The position numbers were made by a program, and so were the translations under genes. From the IMG/VR virus record IMGVR_UViG_3300028044_000003, positions 1-64,000 of that record: 64,000 nt of DNA. One strand, given 5' to 3'. Of the stretch, positions 19,045 to 29,439 are shown in pieces. Position 1 is the first letter of the stretch. Each line of letters opens with the position of its first letter. This DNA is from a virus. The notes under the pieces were generated by a model. It made no database searches. It was given only the letters and a program-made list of their open reading frames with translations, and was not told the DNA's origin.

Positions 19045-21810
19045 CTATTTTTTAGGTTTATCTTTTTGTTTTACATCGTACTTATTTTTGTTAGTACGGG
19101 CAATTTCTAGTTGTTTATTAGCTATATCTTTTTGAGCGTTTATTTTTTCTCTTTCTATACTTAATTTGTCCCGAGATAATTGAGATTTAGTTGTTTCTTT
19201 TTCTCTATTAAAACTCATTGTATCAACAAATTCTTGAGACTTTCTCATATCCGTCATGTAATCTTGAAAATCAGATTGTTGATTCTTATCTAAATCGACC
19301 ATTGATCCCATACCGGCTGCTCTAATCTCAGCTATCAAGATATCTTTTCTACGATCTTTTTCTTTTTCTAAACTTGTATAATCTCTTTCTAACTGAGCTT
19401 CTTGAGTTCTAGATTGTAGTTCTTGCTCCAACATTTGTTGTTGTTGTTGCATCTCTTGTTGTTTAGCTTGTTGAAGCTTATCATCTAGTTTTTTAAGAAC
19501 CGTATTCAATTCTCCTAAAGATTGAGATTGAACAATATTACCTAAATCATATATAGTGGCCCCTGTAGTATTATTACTTTCAGCTATTAATTTTAGTTTT
19601 TCTAAAATAGCTCTATGGTTAGCTTTAGTGGTAGCGAAAACATTTATATCTCTGAGTAATAAATCGTTACCGTTTAACTCCATCATAACTCTTTCATCGT
19701 TACTAGTACTATACTGCATTCTTAAAGAAGGTTTTGTACTAGCGTAATACTGAGCAAGGTCTGTTCTCATTCTATGGACCCTGGGCATAAGGTAATCCGA
19801 GTGTTGTATAAAATAATTTTCTGTCTGAGCGTAAGAACCGGCTACGGCTTGTTCTATACCCCTAGCTGTATCAGTCTGACCGATTTGTTGACCCATACGC
19901 TGCGGAGTAACTCCTACTATCTCCATACACTGCAACTTAAAATAATTAGCCAACTGTATTCTAGACATCAAACGATTAGTTTGTTCTAGATTAAGAGTTT
20001 GGAAATGTTGAAAGTTTAGCGCGTTTTCAGTATTAGTAATAGATGTATCTAATGGTAAAATCTGGAAATTCTTCATCGCAACATAAGCGTTGGCGTAGTT
20101 ACCTTTACCCCAATCTTCTCCAAGAGAATGTTTAGGTAAAGAGTTTTGATCTAATAATACCACGGTACCAAGCTCGTCTACTAGAATGTCAGCGATCTGA
20201 TTATTTACAATATTGTATCCAATTTGAAAAGGTTTTGTAAGATCTACTAATGAAGTAGACTTCGTATTTCTATCAGAAAATACAGAACCTTCTACTGGAA
20301 TTAAACAACCATATAATGTATTATCACCTTTAAACTGATATTTCAAAGGTCCTAGTTGGTTTTGATTGATCCCAATATAAATAGGATTTATACCACCGGT
20401 ATTATTCATACCCCAATAAGTAGGTCGATTCGGACCTATTTTTACACCACCGTAGCTTTGGTTAATCCATATCCAATCAATATGTTCACCAAAAATTAAA
20501 TTATCTTTTGTCTTATTTTTGAACAGTGTTGTATTATAAACAGGTTTATCAGTAATCTTATAATTTTCACCAATTACTTCATTTATTACTTCACCAGCTT
20601 CTGTTATTTTAGTAAGATGTCCTACTTTACGCTGAGACTTCCAGTAGCAAGTAGTAACCCTTAACATGGTAGCCATATTAAGATCCCCACCATCTTCAGA
20701 TTGACTGGTTATTAAACCAACCACATCATTATCGTTAAAACTATTTTCTAACATAGAAGTTAGCTGACGATATTCCAACGAAGGTCTGTTGGTATTCCAT
20801 TCATGAGATTTAGTAGGATCGTAAAAAGAACCATCGTTTTGTAAACCTCCAATATTATATCCTGCAGATCTTACCGGGTATAGCGACTCTAAAGATTCTT
20901 GTTGTTCTTGTGTCATTAACCAGCCATACTTATCAAGAACATCCGGTATAGTCATAATATCTAGCTTACCTACATAGTTACTTTGAGATATATAACGTAC
21001 CTCCGGAGACTTGTGATAAAAAGTTAAAACCGGATTCCATAGTTCTATTTCATAATCGTCTTCTCCCATTCTAAAATGCCAGAACTCTCGGTCAGTAATC
21101 AACATATCTCTAAACGCTCGCTCTTCAAGTTCTTCCATACTAAATCTCTGATCATCTATTTTCATTTGTTTAGTAGCCCACTGTTCAGCAATACTTTTAT
21201 AACTCTTAGTATAGAAATCTTGTATTTCAGGTAAAGTTTTAAGATTTTCTCTGGACATCTGCTTCTCCATGTACTCTTGTACTTGAGGATCTTCAGGATC
21301 TAAACCCTGTTCTAACATCCCAATCATCATTTTTTCTTCAGCAATTTGTACAAGATAGTTTTCTATATCAGCTCTTTTCTTCTCCATTAATTCGTTATAA
21401 GAGTAATCATCTACAGCAGTAAACTGTATCATAGTATTTCTCTTAGCAAACTCACTGGTTAATACATTAATAATGTTAGGAATTATAGGATAAAATTTTA
21501 ATTCTAACACTGAAGACTCGTTACCGGAAGAAAGAGTTTCTACTAAATCTAAGTATTCGTTATCATTCTCTACTATATAATCAGACTTGTCAATTTGACC
21601 TTTAGCGAGTTTGTAATTTTTCATAAGTCTAGTAGCGTTCTTACGTACCTGACGTATTCCCATCCACTCTAACCAATCCATATTCCAGGCACACCATTCA
21701 TCGTCTTTATCTTTAGAAGACAAAAACTGTATAGGTTGAGTAATACTACTCATTCTATTATAATCTACTTTAGCACCTTTCTTTAACTGTAACGCGTTAT
21801 ATATTTGCAT
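19045..21810 (-). CDS. Portal protein
   Basis: 921 aa after terminase; YPIIPNIINVL, GVTPQRMGQ, Q-rich C-terminal coil. Confidence 0.85.
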   Translation of the reverse strand: MQIYNALQLKKGAKVDYNRMSSITQPIQFLSSKDKDDEWCAWNMDWLEWMGIRQVRKNATRLMKNYKLAKGQIDKSDYIVENDNEYLDLVETLSSGNESSVLELKFYPIIPNIINVLTSEFAKRNTMIQFTAVDDYSYNELMEKKRADIENYLVQIAEEKMMIGMLEQGLDPEDPQVQEYMEKQMSRENLKTLPEIQDFYTKSYKSIAEQWATKQMKIDDQRFSMEELEERAFRDMLITDREFWHFRMGEDDYEIELWNPVLTFYHKSPEVRYISQSNYVGKLDIMTIPDVLDKYGWLMTQEQQESLESLYPVRSAGYNIGGLQNDGSFYDPTKSHEWNTNRPSLEYRQLTSMLENSFNDNDVVGLITSQSEDGGDLNMATMLRVTTCYWKSQRKVGHLTKITEAGEVINEVIGENYKITDKPVYNTTLFKNKTKDNLIFGEHIDWIWINQSYGGVKIGPNRPTYWGMNNTGGINPIYIGINQNQLGPLKYQFKGDNTLYGCLIPVEGSVFSDRNTKSTSLVDLTKPFQIGYNIVNNQIADILVDELGTVVLLDQNSLPKHSLGEDWGKGNYANAYVAMKNFQILPLDTSITNTENALNFQHFQTLNLEQTNRLMSRIQLANYFKLQCMEIVGVTPQRMGQQIGQTDTARGIEQAVAGSYAQTENYFIQHSDYLMPRVHRMRTDLAQYYASTKPSLRMQYSTSNDERVMMELNGNDLLLRDINVFATTKANHRAILEKLKLIAESNNTTGATIYDLGNIVQSQSLGELNTVLKKLDDKLQQAKQQEMQQQQQMLEQELQSRTQEAQLERDYTSLEKEKDRRKDILIAEIRAAGMGSMVDLDKNQQSDFQDYMTDMRKSQEFVDTMSFNREKETTKSQLSRDKLSIEREKINAQKDIANKQLEIARTNKNKYDVKQKDKPKK

Positions 21811-24020
21811 TATCGTATATTTTTAAATGGATTTCTTTTAATACTATTTAAACCACGAGATTTACCTCCTATATGTCTAAATGGACTTATAGATAATTTA
21901 CTCATTTTATTCGACTTGTCAAAGTTAGTAGTTTGTACACGATCTATTCTCTTTTTATAACCCAGGGATGAAATTTGTACCTTGGCAAAGGATATAAGAG
22001 CTGCTAACGAAACTAATCTGTCCACGTTTAACCCATCGACATAGGCTAACATTTCTTTCATAGCCATTATATCAGGTATTCTTTCTATACCATAATACTT
22101 CTTTACGATAGTCCCATCAGTTTTACTTTCTTCATCAATAGTCTCTTTGATAAACTCTATCAAGTAAGATAACATGTGAGCTTTAAATAATTGGCCGGTG
22201 TTTTTCCAACCGTATTCTTGATACACATTTTTGTTAGAACCAAGATCTTTTAAAAAAGTAATCTGATCTTTTGGTACAAGATATTTTTGTTTTTTGTGAA
22301 ATATCATGTGTCGAATAAATAACGACACGTTACTTTCTACAATAGTCCAAGCGTTGTACGCTTCTATCATGTGTTCAAGACGTTCATGAGTTTTATTGAT
22401 ATCATCAAATCTACCACACCACCAAGCAACAATACGATCTCTTTCTACATAAACCGTGGTTTCATCACCTTCTATTTTAGTTACTTCAACAGGATTCTTG
22501 TAGATATAAATAGAACATAACGATTCACTCGTAGTTGTTTTACCTTCTCCTACCGGGTCAATTGAAGCGTAATAAGTTCCCCACGGAGCGTTAGGATCAG
22601 GTTTTTCTGTAATAACAACTACTCCTGATTTATCTATCATTTTTTTATCAACCGGAAAATCTTTAATTGGTAGCTTAAAAGTACTTTTAAATTCAAATTT
22701 ACCTTCCAGTGTTTTTACTAAATCAATATACTGTATAGAATATTCTTTATCTTCTATTAGTTTAATCTGGTGATTAATTAGGTGAGTAGGAAAAATAGAT
22801 TCTTCACGATTAGCAAATGCTTCTTCAATAGTTCTTGGATGCTGAGAAATCTCTAACTGATAATCTCTAGGATCCATATTAGCTTTACACTTCTCAAAAT
22901 ATTCGTCAAGTGCCTCTAAAGATTTTTCTACAAGACTGTTTCCATACTTATCTATGTAAGGAGGCATGGACCATTGTTCCGGAATAAACAAACCTGATTT
23001 TCCAAAAGTCCTTTTATTATTTATCAAATCCGTCTCGACAGAATAAATGTCATTTATATCAGGATTTAGAATAAATTTTTTAAGAGGACCACACTGACTG
23101 AGATCACCGACAGAACCTGCTATAATAAATAATCCAGTAGTCATCATACCGGATTTCATAGCTGGTCTCATATAACCGTAAGTTAAATCTGCAGTAGGAG
23201 CGATACCACCCTCTTCGTAAAAGAAATACGTACACGGCCCACCGACACCATTTGTAGGATCTTTCTCAAAAGACATACCTTGAAGAACTCCCTTTAAACC
23301 GGTTTTAGTTTTACGACCATTAATAGTCTCTTCAATTTGTTGTTGCCAAATAAGAGTTTTACCAGGATTCATCGGTCTAATCCAAGCGGTATGAAGATCT
23401 AAGAAGTTACGATATTCGTCTAAGAATTTCCAAGAACCTTTTTCGTTAATATAATCTTTAAGACTAGCACCCATTTTTAAAATAGGTGTTTCTTCAAACC
23501 AAATCTGATTGATTAATTTGGCCATGTGAAAATAGGAAGACGCTATCTGACGTTTCTTAAGAATAGCCGCGTGTTTATAATGTAGTTCGGCTAGTATTTC
23601 GTATAGAGCCATGTGATACTGAGCATCTCTTACATCCGGAAAACTAAACCTTCTTAATTCTTTATTATTAATAGGTAAGAAATTTAACCACATATAATAA
23701 TCTCTACTCAAATACCAAACGTTATCGTTATTTTTAAAAATAACTCCTTTACGACATTTGTTTTTTTGATCATCCCAGTATTTCTTATAATCTTTACTTT
23801 TATAAGGGGCTGCACAGAAATATTGGTTAGTATTAAAAAACCGAGCTTGTTCGTTAAATATTACTGAAGTTTCATCAAACTCATATTTACCGGGTTCTCT
23901 AAACACAGAAAGTACAAATTCTTTAAATTCATCTCTGGTTTCAAATACAGTTTCTAACCATTCACCATTATCCCAGGTTGGTACAGTTATAAAATTACCA
24001 TCATTATTAGGAGATACCAT
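21810..24020 (-). CDS. terL: Terminase large subunit
   Basis: LKKRQIASS Walker A region, FFYEEGG Walker B, ASIDPV and NVDRL nuclease residues. Confidence 0.9.
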   Translation of the reverse strand: MVSPNNDGNFITVPTWDNGEWLETVFETRDEFKEFVLSVFREPGKYEFDETSVIFNEQARFFNTNQYFCAAPYKSKDYKKYWDDQKNKCRKGVIFKNNDNVWYLSRDYYMWLNFLPINNKELRRFSFPDVRDAQYHMALYEILAELHYKHAAILKKRQIASSYFHMAKLINQIWFEETPILKMGASLKDYINEKGSWKFLDEYRNFLDLHTAWIRPMNPGKTLIWQQQIEETINGRKTKTGLKGVLQGMSFEKDPTNGVGGPCTYFFYEEGGIAPTADLTYGYMRPAMKSGMMTTGLFIIAGSVGDLSQCGPLKKFILNPDINDIYSVETDLINNKRTFGKSGLFIPEQWSMPPYIDKYGNSLVEKSLEALDEYFEKCKANMDPRDYQLEISQHPRTIEEAFANREESIFPTHLINHQIKLIEDKEYSIQYIDLVKTLEGKFEFKSTFKLPIKDFPVDKKMIDKSGVVVITEKPDPNAPWGTYYASIDPVGEGKTTTSESLCSIYIYKNPVEVTKIEGDETTVYVERDRIVAWWCGRFDDINKTHERLEHMIEAYNAWTIVESNVSLFIRHMIFHKKQKYLVPKDQITFLKDLGSNKNVYQEYGWKNTGQLFKAHMLSYLIEFIKETIDEESKTDGTIVKKYYGIERIPDIMAMKEMLAYVDGLNVDRLVSLAALISFAKVQISSLGYKKRIDRVQTTNFDKSNKMSKLSISPFRHIGGKSRGLNSIKRNPFKNIR

Positions 24021-24535
24021 TATTGATCATAAGCTTTTTCTCTATTACCTCTAGTACGAGTTTTTTGTTCCTCTTCAAGATCTCTAAGAACTCCTTTAAA
24101 AGATAGTCGTATATCCTGAAAATCTTTAGCCGCCCGGAGAAGTGCTGTAATATTACCGTCTCTCCCAGAAGTAATTTCGCTAGTTTCTAAATATTTTGCT
24201 AATCTATCTAACATACTTCTTATTCCATTGTAAGCTCTAACTGTAGGAGTTTCGTAAAGTTTACTACAAAACGCTATAGCCTCAATAATTAAATCATCTT
24301 CAACAGAAAAATCTGGATTAACTTCTAATAAAATAAGCTCTTCTTTATCTTCTTCCGGAACATTAAAGAAAGGATTATTCTGAGGATCCGGACAAGTTTT
24401 ATAATAGAGGTAAGTATAAACCTGGTTATAACTATCGGGATATTCTTCCATAAGTCGTTTAAGAGTACTCAGTGTATAACAATGTTCTGTTGCTGTTACT
24501 TTACCATTTTGTATATCAAAAAGTCTTATGTTCAT
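24020..24535 (-). CDS. Conserved protein upstream of TerL (possible small terminase)
   Basis: Coupled to terL; ATG at 24535 overlaps the upstream stop. Confidence 0.5.
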   Translation of the reverse strand: MNIRLFDIQNGKVTATEHCYTLSTLKRLMEEYPDSYNQVYTYLYYKTCPDPQNNPFFNVPEEDKEELILLEVNPDFSVEDDLIIEAIAFCSKLYETPTVRAYNGIRSMLDRLAKYLETSEITSGRDGNITALLRAAKDFQDIRLSFKGVLRDLEEEQKTRTRGNREKAYDQ

Positions 24536-24867
24536 TTTAAAGATTTTACATACAACCAAACTTTAACCATATCTTCTTTAGTTATTCTCAAAACATGGGT
24601 ATTAACCCCTTCAATATCAACCAATACTTCGTAAATAGATTTACCATCCTCATCAAGTTCGTCTTCAGAATAATTTTCTGAATCATTATCATCAGGATGA
24701 TAATCTCTAATACACGCTAATTTTGTAAGATCGATTATTTCTTTATCGTAAAACACATTACCTTTTATACCTAATTCTATATCTCGTTTATTAAATAAAG
24801 GGATTACTACTTCAGCAAGAGTATCGCTCAACCAAAATAATCCATCTACTTGTGGTTTATCTATCAT
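24532..24867 (-). CDS. Hypothetical protein
   Basis: Coupled ORF. Confidence 0.55.
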   Translation of the reverse strand: MIDKPQVDGLFWLSDTLAEVVIPLFNKRDIELGIKGNVFYDKEIIDLTKLACIRDYHPDDNDSENYSEDELDEDGKSIYEVLVDIEGVNTHVLRITKEDMVKVWLYVKSLK

Positions 24868-25688
24868 TTTTTAGTTTTATTTTCGTGTAACCAGTTAATA
24901 ATATCGATTACTTCTCTTTTTAAATAAGGTACTTTGTATTCTATTACTTCTTTAACTATTGGATCACCAACATCGTTCAATTTAGTAATAGGATATCCAA
25001 ATTGATTTTCATCGTCTGTTTCAAAAATTACATGTTGTAAAGATAAGTTTCTTGGTTTAAGTCTGTGATTATGTTTAAGAATAATATACATATATATACT
25101 CAATTGAAGAGCGTAATGATTTAATTCACAATCGTCAAGATGAGAAACAGGTTTTAAAAGTTTTTTACTAACTCCTTCCCAGTTTACAAAACCTTTAGTT
25201 TTAATTTCTTTGTTAGTTTTATAATCAGTAATATCAACATATTCACCAACTATTTCTACTCTATCGGATTGACCACATATCGCTGCAGATTTAAGATATA
25301 CAAAGTGTTCTGGGTATATTCCTGGTACTAATTGTTGTTGAGGAGATAATTTAATATTGTTTTCTATAATAGGTTTTATTATAGGTAACTCAATACCGGA
25401 ACGAGAAATTGTTTCTAAAGAAAGAACATCTCCCTCTCTTTGATTATGATACCAGGTACCTAACTTATTGGCTCTATCTCTTTCATCATCCCATGCTTTA
25501 ACTATTAATTCAGGTTTTACACCGTACCATTTAGATTTTTTGTTTTTACTAACTTTTTCCGCTGTGGTAACACTATCAAAAGGTTCTTTAAATTTTCCTA
25601 TTAAATTTGTTACACTTATCCAATCCACAGGATCGTTTAAATCTAGACTAGTGTATTTGTGATCTTTTTCTTCAAATTTTAGTATCAT
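24864..25688 (-). CDS. PD-(D/E)XK exonuclease
   Basis: GTWYH, E...CGQSD...ITDYKT, YALQLSIY. Confidence 0.85.
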   Translation of the reverse strand: MILKFEEKDHKYTSLDLNDPVDWISVTNLIGKFKEPFDSVTTAEKVSKNKKSKWYGVKPELIVKAWDDERDRANKLGTWYHNQREGDVLSLETISRSGIELPIIKPIIENNIKLSPQQQLVPGIYPEHFVYLKSAAICGQSDRVEIVGEYVDITDYKTNKEIKTKGFVNWEGVSKKLLKPVSHLDDCELNHYALQLSIYMYIILKHNHRLKPRNLSLQHVIFETDDENQFGYPITKLNDVGDPIVKEVIEYKVPYLKREVIDIINWLHENKTKK

Positions 25689-25734
25689 AAATTTTAGCTT
25701 TTAAATGTTGTTTTATTCCTTAACTATTAAATAA

Positions 25735-26061
25735 TCACGATTGGTTTGGGTCATAATTAATATCATTATAAAGTTTGTCTTCTTCTTCTTGAGTTAAAAC
25801 AGCACCCCATCTTTTTTCTGGATGAGGACATTCTGAAGATAAAGAACGAGTTTTAAATTTTAAATTACATCCACAAATAGAACAACAAGGTTGTGTTCCA
25901 GGTATCATACAATTAGTACCTTCTATATCAAAATGTTGACAAGTTCTACAAGAATACATTCTAGATTCTGCAATCTTTTCTATGTGTTCTTTCTTACTAA
26001 TAGTATTAGAAACTCCTTCTAATATTTGACAAATATTTTTCCAGATTTTTTTAAATAGCAT
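25735..26061 (-). CDS. Zn-binding Cys-rich protein
   Basis: R...C..C ... CCSICGC...K......CP...W. Confidence 0.6.
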   Translation of the reverse strand: MLFKKIWKNICQILEGVSNTISKKEHIEKIAESRMYSCRTCQHFDIEGTNCMIPGTQPCCSICGCNLKFKTRSLSSECPHPEKRWGAVLTQEEEDKLYNDINYDPNQS

Positions 26062-26413
26062 CTTTTGATTTTTTTAATTTTTTACGTTCTTTTTCTAAAG
26101 CTACCATATCAATAGCTCTTTCTACTTTAACTATTCTATTTTTAAGGTACATCTTTTTATCATAACCAACGAAAGTAGAAGTATTACACTTTTCTAAACC
26201 GGCTTTTAAAATATCAAGTTGCTTTTGAAGCTTTGATTTTTTTATAGTAAATACTCCAATTTTATGAAGATTGATATTTATATGTTCAATATTGGTAAGA
26301 TTAGATCTGATAATGGAATAATAGAATTTCATTACATCACCTACTACAGACTCAGGTATTTTAACCTCATCCGCAACTTCTTTGTAAAGTGTTTTAGCTT
26401 TTCGAGGAATCAT
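26051..26413 (-). CDS. HU/IHF-like DNA-binding protein
   Basis: LYKEVADE......V..V.......I...L.....INLHKIGVF. Confidence 0.65.
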   Translation of the reverse strand: MIPRKAKTLYKEVADEVKIPESVVGDVMKFYYSIIRSNLTNIEHININLHKIGVFTIKKSKLQKQLDILKAGLEKCNTSTFVGYDKKMYLKNRIVKVERAIDMVALEKERKKLKKSKDAI

Positions 26414-26816
26414 CTATATGACCAATTTTAAAATTAAGAAGAATATTACCAGTTACCTGAAATTTTAAATTTTCATTTATAACTATTTTTTTCTTAGTAC
26501 CTTCAGTTTTATAAATAAGACTATACTTTTCAAGTTTAGATATAATATTTCTAACTGTTTGAGTAGATATAGAAGGTTCTTTACCACTACGATCTTTTCT
26601 CCAAACTTCTAGTTTTTCTAAATACCACTTCTGAGAAATTTCTGTACAAAATTTACTTAAATTAGTTTCTCCCAATTTAGCAAGTTTGATAAAACATTCT
26701 ATATCACTTTCTGTAAGTAATATTTTATTTATAAAACAATGAGTAATAAGTTGGTATTGAATAATATCTTCTAAAGACATCAATACCGTTTTGTTCACAA
26801 TTTTTGTTGTGGCCAT
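26394..26816 (-). CDS. Putative winged-HTH protein
   Basis: STQTVRNIISKLEKYSLI. Confidence 0.5.
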   Translation of the reverse strand: MATTKIVNKTVLMSLEDIIQYQLITHCFINKILLTESDIECFIKLAKLGETNLSKFCTEISQKWYLEKLEVWRKDRSGKEPSISTQTVRNIISKLEKYSLIYKTEGTKKKIVINENLKFQVTGNILLNFKIGHIDDSSKS

Positions 26817-26821
26817 CGGTA

Positions 26822-27070
26822 TTATTTAGAAGGTTCTTGTTCTTTTTCTTCTTCAGGCTTTTGATTGATAGTAGCCTGTATATGTAGATATTTGAGATAG
26901 TTTTCCAAACGTTTTGTTTGGAACTCCTGAATCTCGCACTGTAATTTTTCTACAACGTGTTGAGCTTGTAGTAACTCAGTGCGAGAATTGTAATACTTTA
27001 CTAAGATTTTATTCCTTTCTCGTATTTCTTCAGGAGTCAATTGTTTTTCTTCAGTGTGTTGGTTTTCCAT
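26822..27070 (-). CDS. Coiled-coil hypothetical protein
   Basis: ORF with upstream TAACTTTA box. Confidence 0.55.
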   Translation of the reverse strand: MENQHTEEKQLTPEEIRERNKILVKYYNSRTELLQAQHVVEKLQCEIQEFQTKRLENYLKYLHIQATINQKPEEEKEQEPSK

Positions 27071-27083
27071 AACTAATTTTTGT

Positions 27084-27091
27084 TAAAGTTA
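27084..27091 (-). promoter_or_regulatory. Bacteroidota-type -7 box variant TAnnTTTA (also 29257-29264 -, 29419-29426 +, 52152-52159 -, 53507-53514 -)
   Basis: Same pattern 4-17 nt upstream of five start codons; resembles the Bacteroidota TAnnTTTG promoter. Confidence 0.5.
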
Positions 27092-27121
27092 TGGTAAAAA
27101 AGTTAAACTATCAAAAGTTAA

Positions 27122-27283
27122 CTATTTTTTAGAAAACACAGACCAAAGAGCTCCGGTTAATGTTAGTACACCACCGATAATTTCAGCTACTAAGTTTTCA
27201 TCTAGAAGACCTTTAGCTACAAGTAAACCGCCACCGAATGTTAATACGTGACGAAGTACTCCTAATACCTGTTCTTTTTTCAT
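27122..27283 (-). CDS. Putative holin (2 TM)
   Basis: MKKEQVLGVLRHVLTFGGGLLVAKG...GALWS; lysis cluster. Confidence 0.65.
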   Translation of the reverse strand: MKKEQVLGVLRHVLTFGGGLLVAKGLLDENLVAEIIGGVLTLTGALWSVFSKK

Positions 27284-27317
27284 GTTGAACGTTTTTAGTG
27301 AATTAATAAAATCTAAG

Positions 27318-27563
27318 TTAATTAATTTCATTGACTTCTTTAAAGAAGTTAGTTAAAAATTTACCAATTACTCCGGCTAGTAAAGTACCGCCAACTACTA
27401 ATTTCATACCTAAAGGTCCAAAAGTTTCTTTCAAAATTTCGTAAGAATACAATTCTCCTAAAGCTATAAAAGTAGATACAGCTAGTAAAGAGTCTCCAAG
27501 CTTTCTCATTGCGCGAGGAGTTGGTGCTGAATAATAAGACCACTTTATTTTAAATTTATTCAT
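27318..27563 (-). CDS. Membrane protein, putative holin
   Basis: Y.APTP...RKLGDSLL, two TM segments. Confidence 0.55.
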   Translation of the reverse strand: MNKFKIKWSYYSAPTPRAMRKLGDSLLAVSTFIALGELYSYEILKETFGPLGMKLVVGGTLLAGVIGKFLTNFFKEVNEIN

Positions 27564-27961
27564 TTTTCAGTTTTAGCTTTTATATAACCGGTTAGTTCTG
27601 ATAAAGAAGAACTTATTTGAGTTAACTGAACACCGAATCCTAATAACTGGGCCGATAGTTTTTCGTTAGACTCTTTAGCTTCTTCTCTAACGTATTCTAT
27701 TTTTTTAGACAAATCTTGTTCTTTTTCTTTTACTTTATCATGAAGATGAGTAATCTGATTAGCTGTAGTTGTTTTCATCTCAGTAATTATTTGAGCATAT
27801 TCTACTTTTAAATTAGTAATTTCAAAATTAAGATTATCACACTTAATAGTAACCCTAGTGGTTGATTCTCTCAAGGCATATAGAAAACCCAAAATACTTA
27901 CTAATCCTAAAACAATCGCTATAACATCTTTTGTACCAAAACTTAATTGTGTTACATCCAT
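27560..27961 (-). CDS. Membrane-anchored coiled-coil protein (lysis cluster)
   Basis: N-terminal TM plus coiled coil. Confidence 0.5.
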   Translation of the reverse strand: MDVTQLSFGTKDVIAIVLGLVSILGFLYALRESTTRVTIKCDNLNFEITNLKVEYAQIITEMKTTTANQITHLHDKVKEKEQDLSKKIEYVREEAKESNEKLSAQLLGFGVQLTQISSSLSELTGYIKAKTEK

Positions 27962-28010
27962 TTTTGAAAATTTATAAACAGTATTATATAATATAACATA
28001 TCTTACACAA

Positions 28011-28766
28011 TTAAACTAATTTTTTGTTTAATTTTATAAGATCTTGTTTTACATTATAACTTGGACATGCTTTATTTGAAAACTCGTTGTGTCCATGAAA
28101 AGTAATACCCGGTAGTTTATTTTTTAAGGTAAAGTAAATAGTTTCAAAAATTTGTTTCTGTTTAGAAGTTCTGTTATCTATAGCTTTTCCTGAAGGTAAT
28201 ATTCCCCCGATGTAGGATATATGAATTGTATCGCCATTTATACCGGCTACACCATTAGCTATTTTGTTAAACTCCTGGAGTAAAGTCCAGGAACCGTCAG
28301 GAGTAACGATAATATGATAACCAGGGTTATTCCATTTTAATACCTTTTTCCAATAATCTTTGATAGAACTGACCGTAGCCGCTTGATTTGTAGCTGTACA
28401 GTGAAAAACAACACGAGTTATTTTTCTAGTTATTTTATAAGAGTTAATATAAGCAATTAACTCTCCAATATTTTTACAGGTAGGCTCAGCTTCTTTAAAC
28501 TCTCCTACAATCATTTCTTCTTCAGGATCCGAAAAATCTTCTTTAAATTCTTGCTCGTAAACAGGATTAATATTTATAGGAATATCTTTAGTAAGAATTT
28601 CCCACGTTTTTGGTCCGACTATACCATCTGTTTTAAGTTCATTTTGTTTTTGAAAATTTTTTACTTTATTCAATGTAAAGTTTCCAAAAAAACCGTCGTC
28701 TTTTATGTTTAAAAGTTGTTGGAGTAATTTTACTTTAATTCCCCAGGCGTGTGATTTAAGTATCAT
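28011..28766 (-). CDS. Endolysin: PG-binding domain + N-acetylmuramoyl-L-alanine amidase (Amidase_2, T7 lysozyme-like)
   Basis: DG.FG..T...VK.FQ....L..DGIVGPKTW; VFHCTA, GYH, GHNEFSNKACPSY. Confidence 0.9.
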   Translation of the reverse strand: MILKSHAWGIKVKLLQQLLNIKDDGFFGNFTLNKVKNFQKQNELKTDGIVGPKTWEILTKDIPININPVYEQEFKEDFSDPEEEMIVGEFKEAEPTCKNIGELIAYINSYKITRKITRVVFHCTATNQAATVSSIKDYWKKVLKWNNPGYHIIVTPDGSWTLLQEFNKIANGVAGINGDTIHISYIGGILPSGKAIDNRTSKQKQIFETIYFTLKNKLPGITFHGHNEFSNKACPSYNVKQDLIKLNKKLV

Positions 28767-29239
28767 AAGTATTTAAAAAATAATGAATAATCGTTATCAG
28801 GTGTAGTATTACCTCCGTGATACGGTTGTCTTATAGTACTAAACCAAGAAGTATCAGGAGCTTTTAAAATCCAACTTTTTCTATTTGCTTTAAATAGTAC
28901 ATTATGTTTGTTTACTACTATGTTTAGTAAAGCTATTTCACCCTCTTTAAGAATAAGAAAAGGGAAGTCAAATTCTTTGTTAAAGTTTCTGTTTATATAA
29001 GGTATTATTTGCCAGTAATCTTCTTGAGGATTGTATTTATACGCAAACATTACTGCGTTTTTATTAGGTTTGAGACCAAAAGATATACCACACAATTTAT
29101 TCCAATCATCCTGGTCATCACAAGTATATCTTGAATCTTTAGTAAACTGAACGTAACCTTTTACTCTTTTAGTAAAAGGTGTTATCTGCCATATACGAGG
29201 CTTAGAAAAATGTTTACCTTTTGTAAATTCAAAAATCAT
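28763..29239 (-). CDS. Hypothetical beta-rich protein
   Basis: DWNKLCG ... PYHGGN; coupled to endolysin. Confidence 0.55.
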   Translation of the reverse strand: MIFEFTKGKHFSKPRIWQITPFTKRVKGYVQFTKDSRYTCDDQDDWNKLCGISFGLKPNKNAVMFAYKYNPQEDYWQIIPYINRNFNKEFDFPFLILKEGEIALLNIVVNKHNVLFKANRKSWILKAPDTSWFSTIRQPYHGGNTTPDNDYSLFFKYL

Positions 29240-29439
29240 TATTCTTCTATTTTTAATAAAGATATAAAACTTTATTAAAAGTTTCCTTTTGTAGATTCAA
29301 ACCTAGGATTTTCCAGTTAATAGTCGGTTTTCTACTGCCCGTCTTCGTAATATTGGATATGTTCATTCTATTTCATCGATGTATAATAATACTATTTTCT
29401 GTATTTGTAAATAATCTTTACCTTTACCAAAAAAAAATT

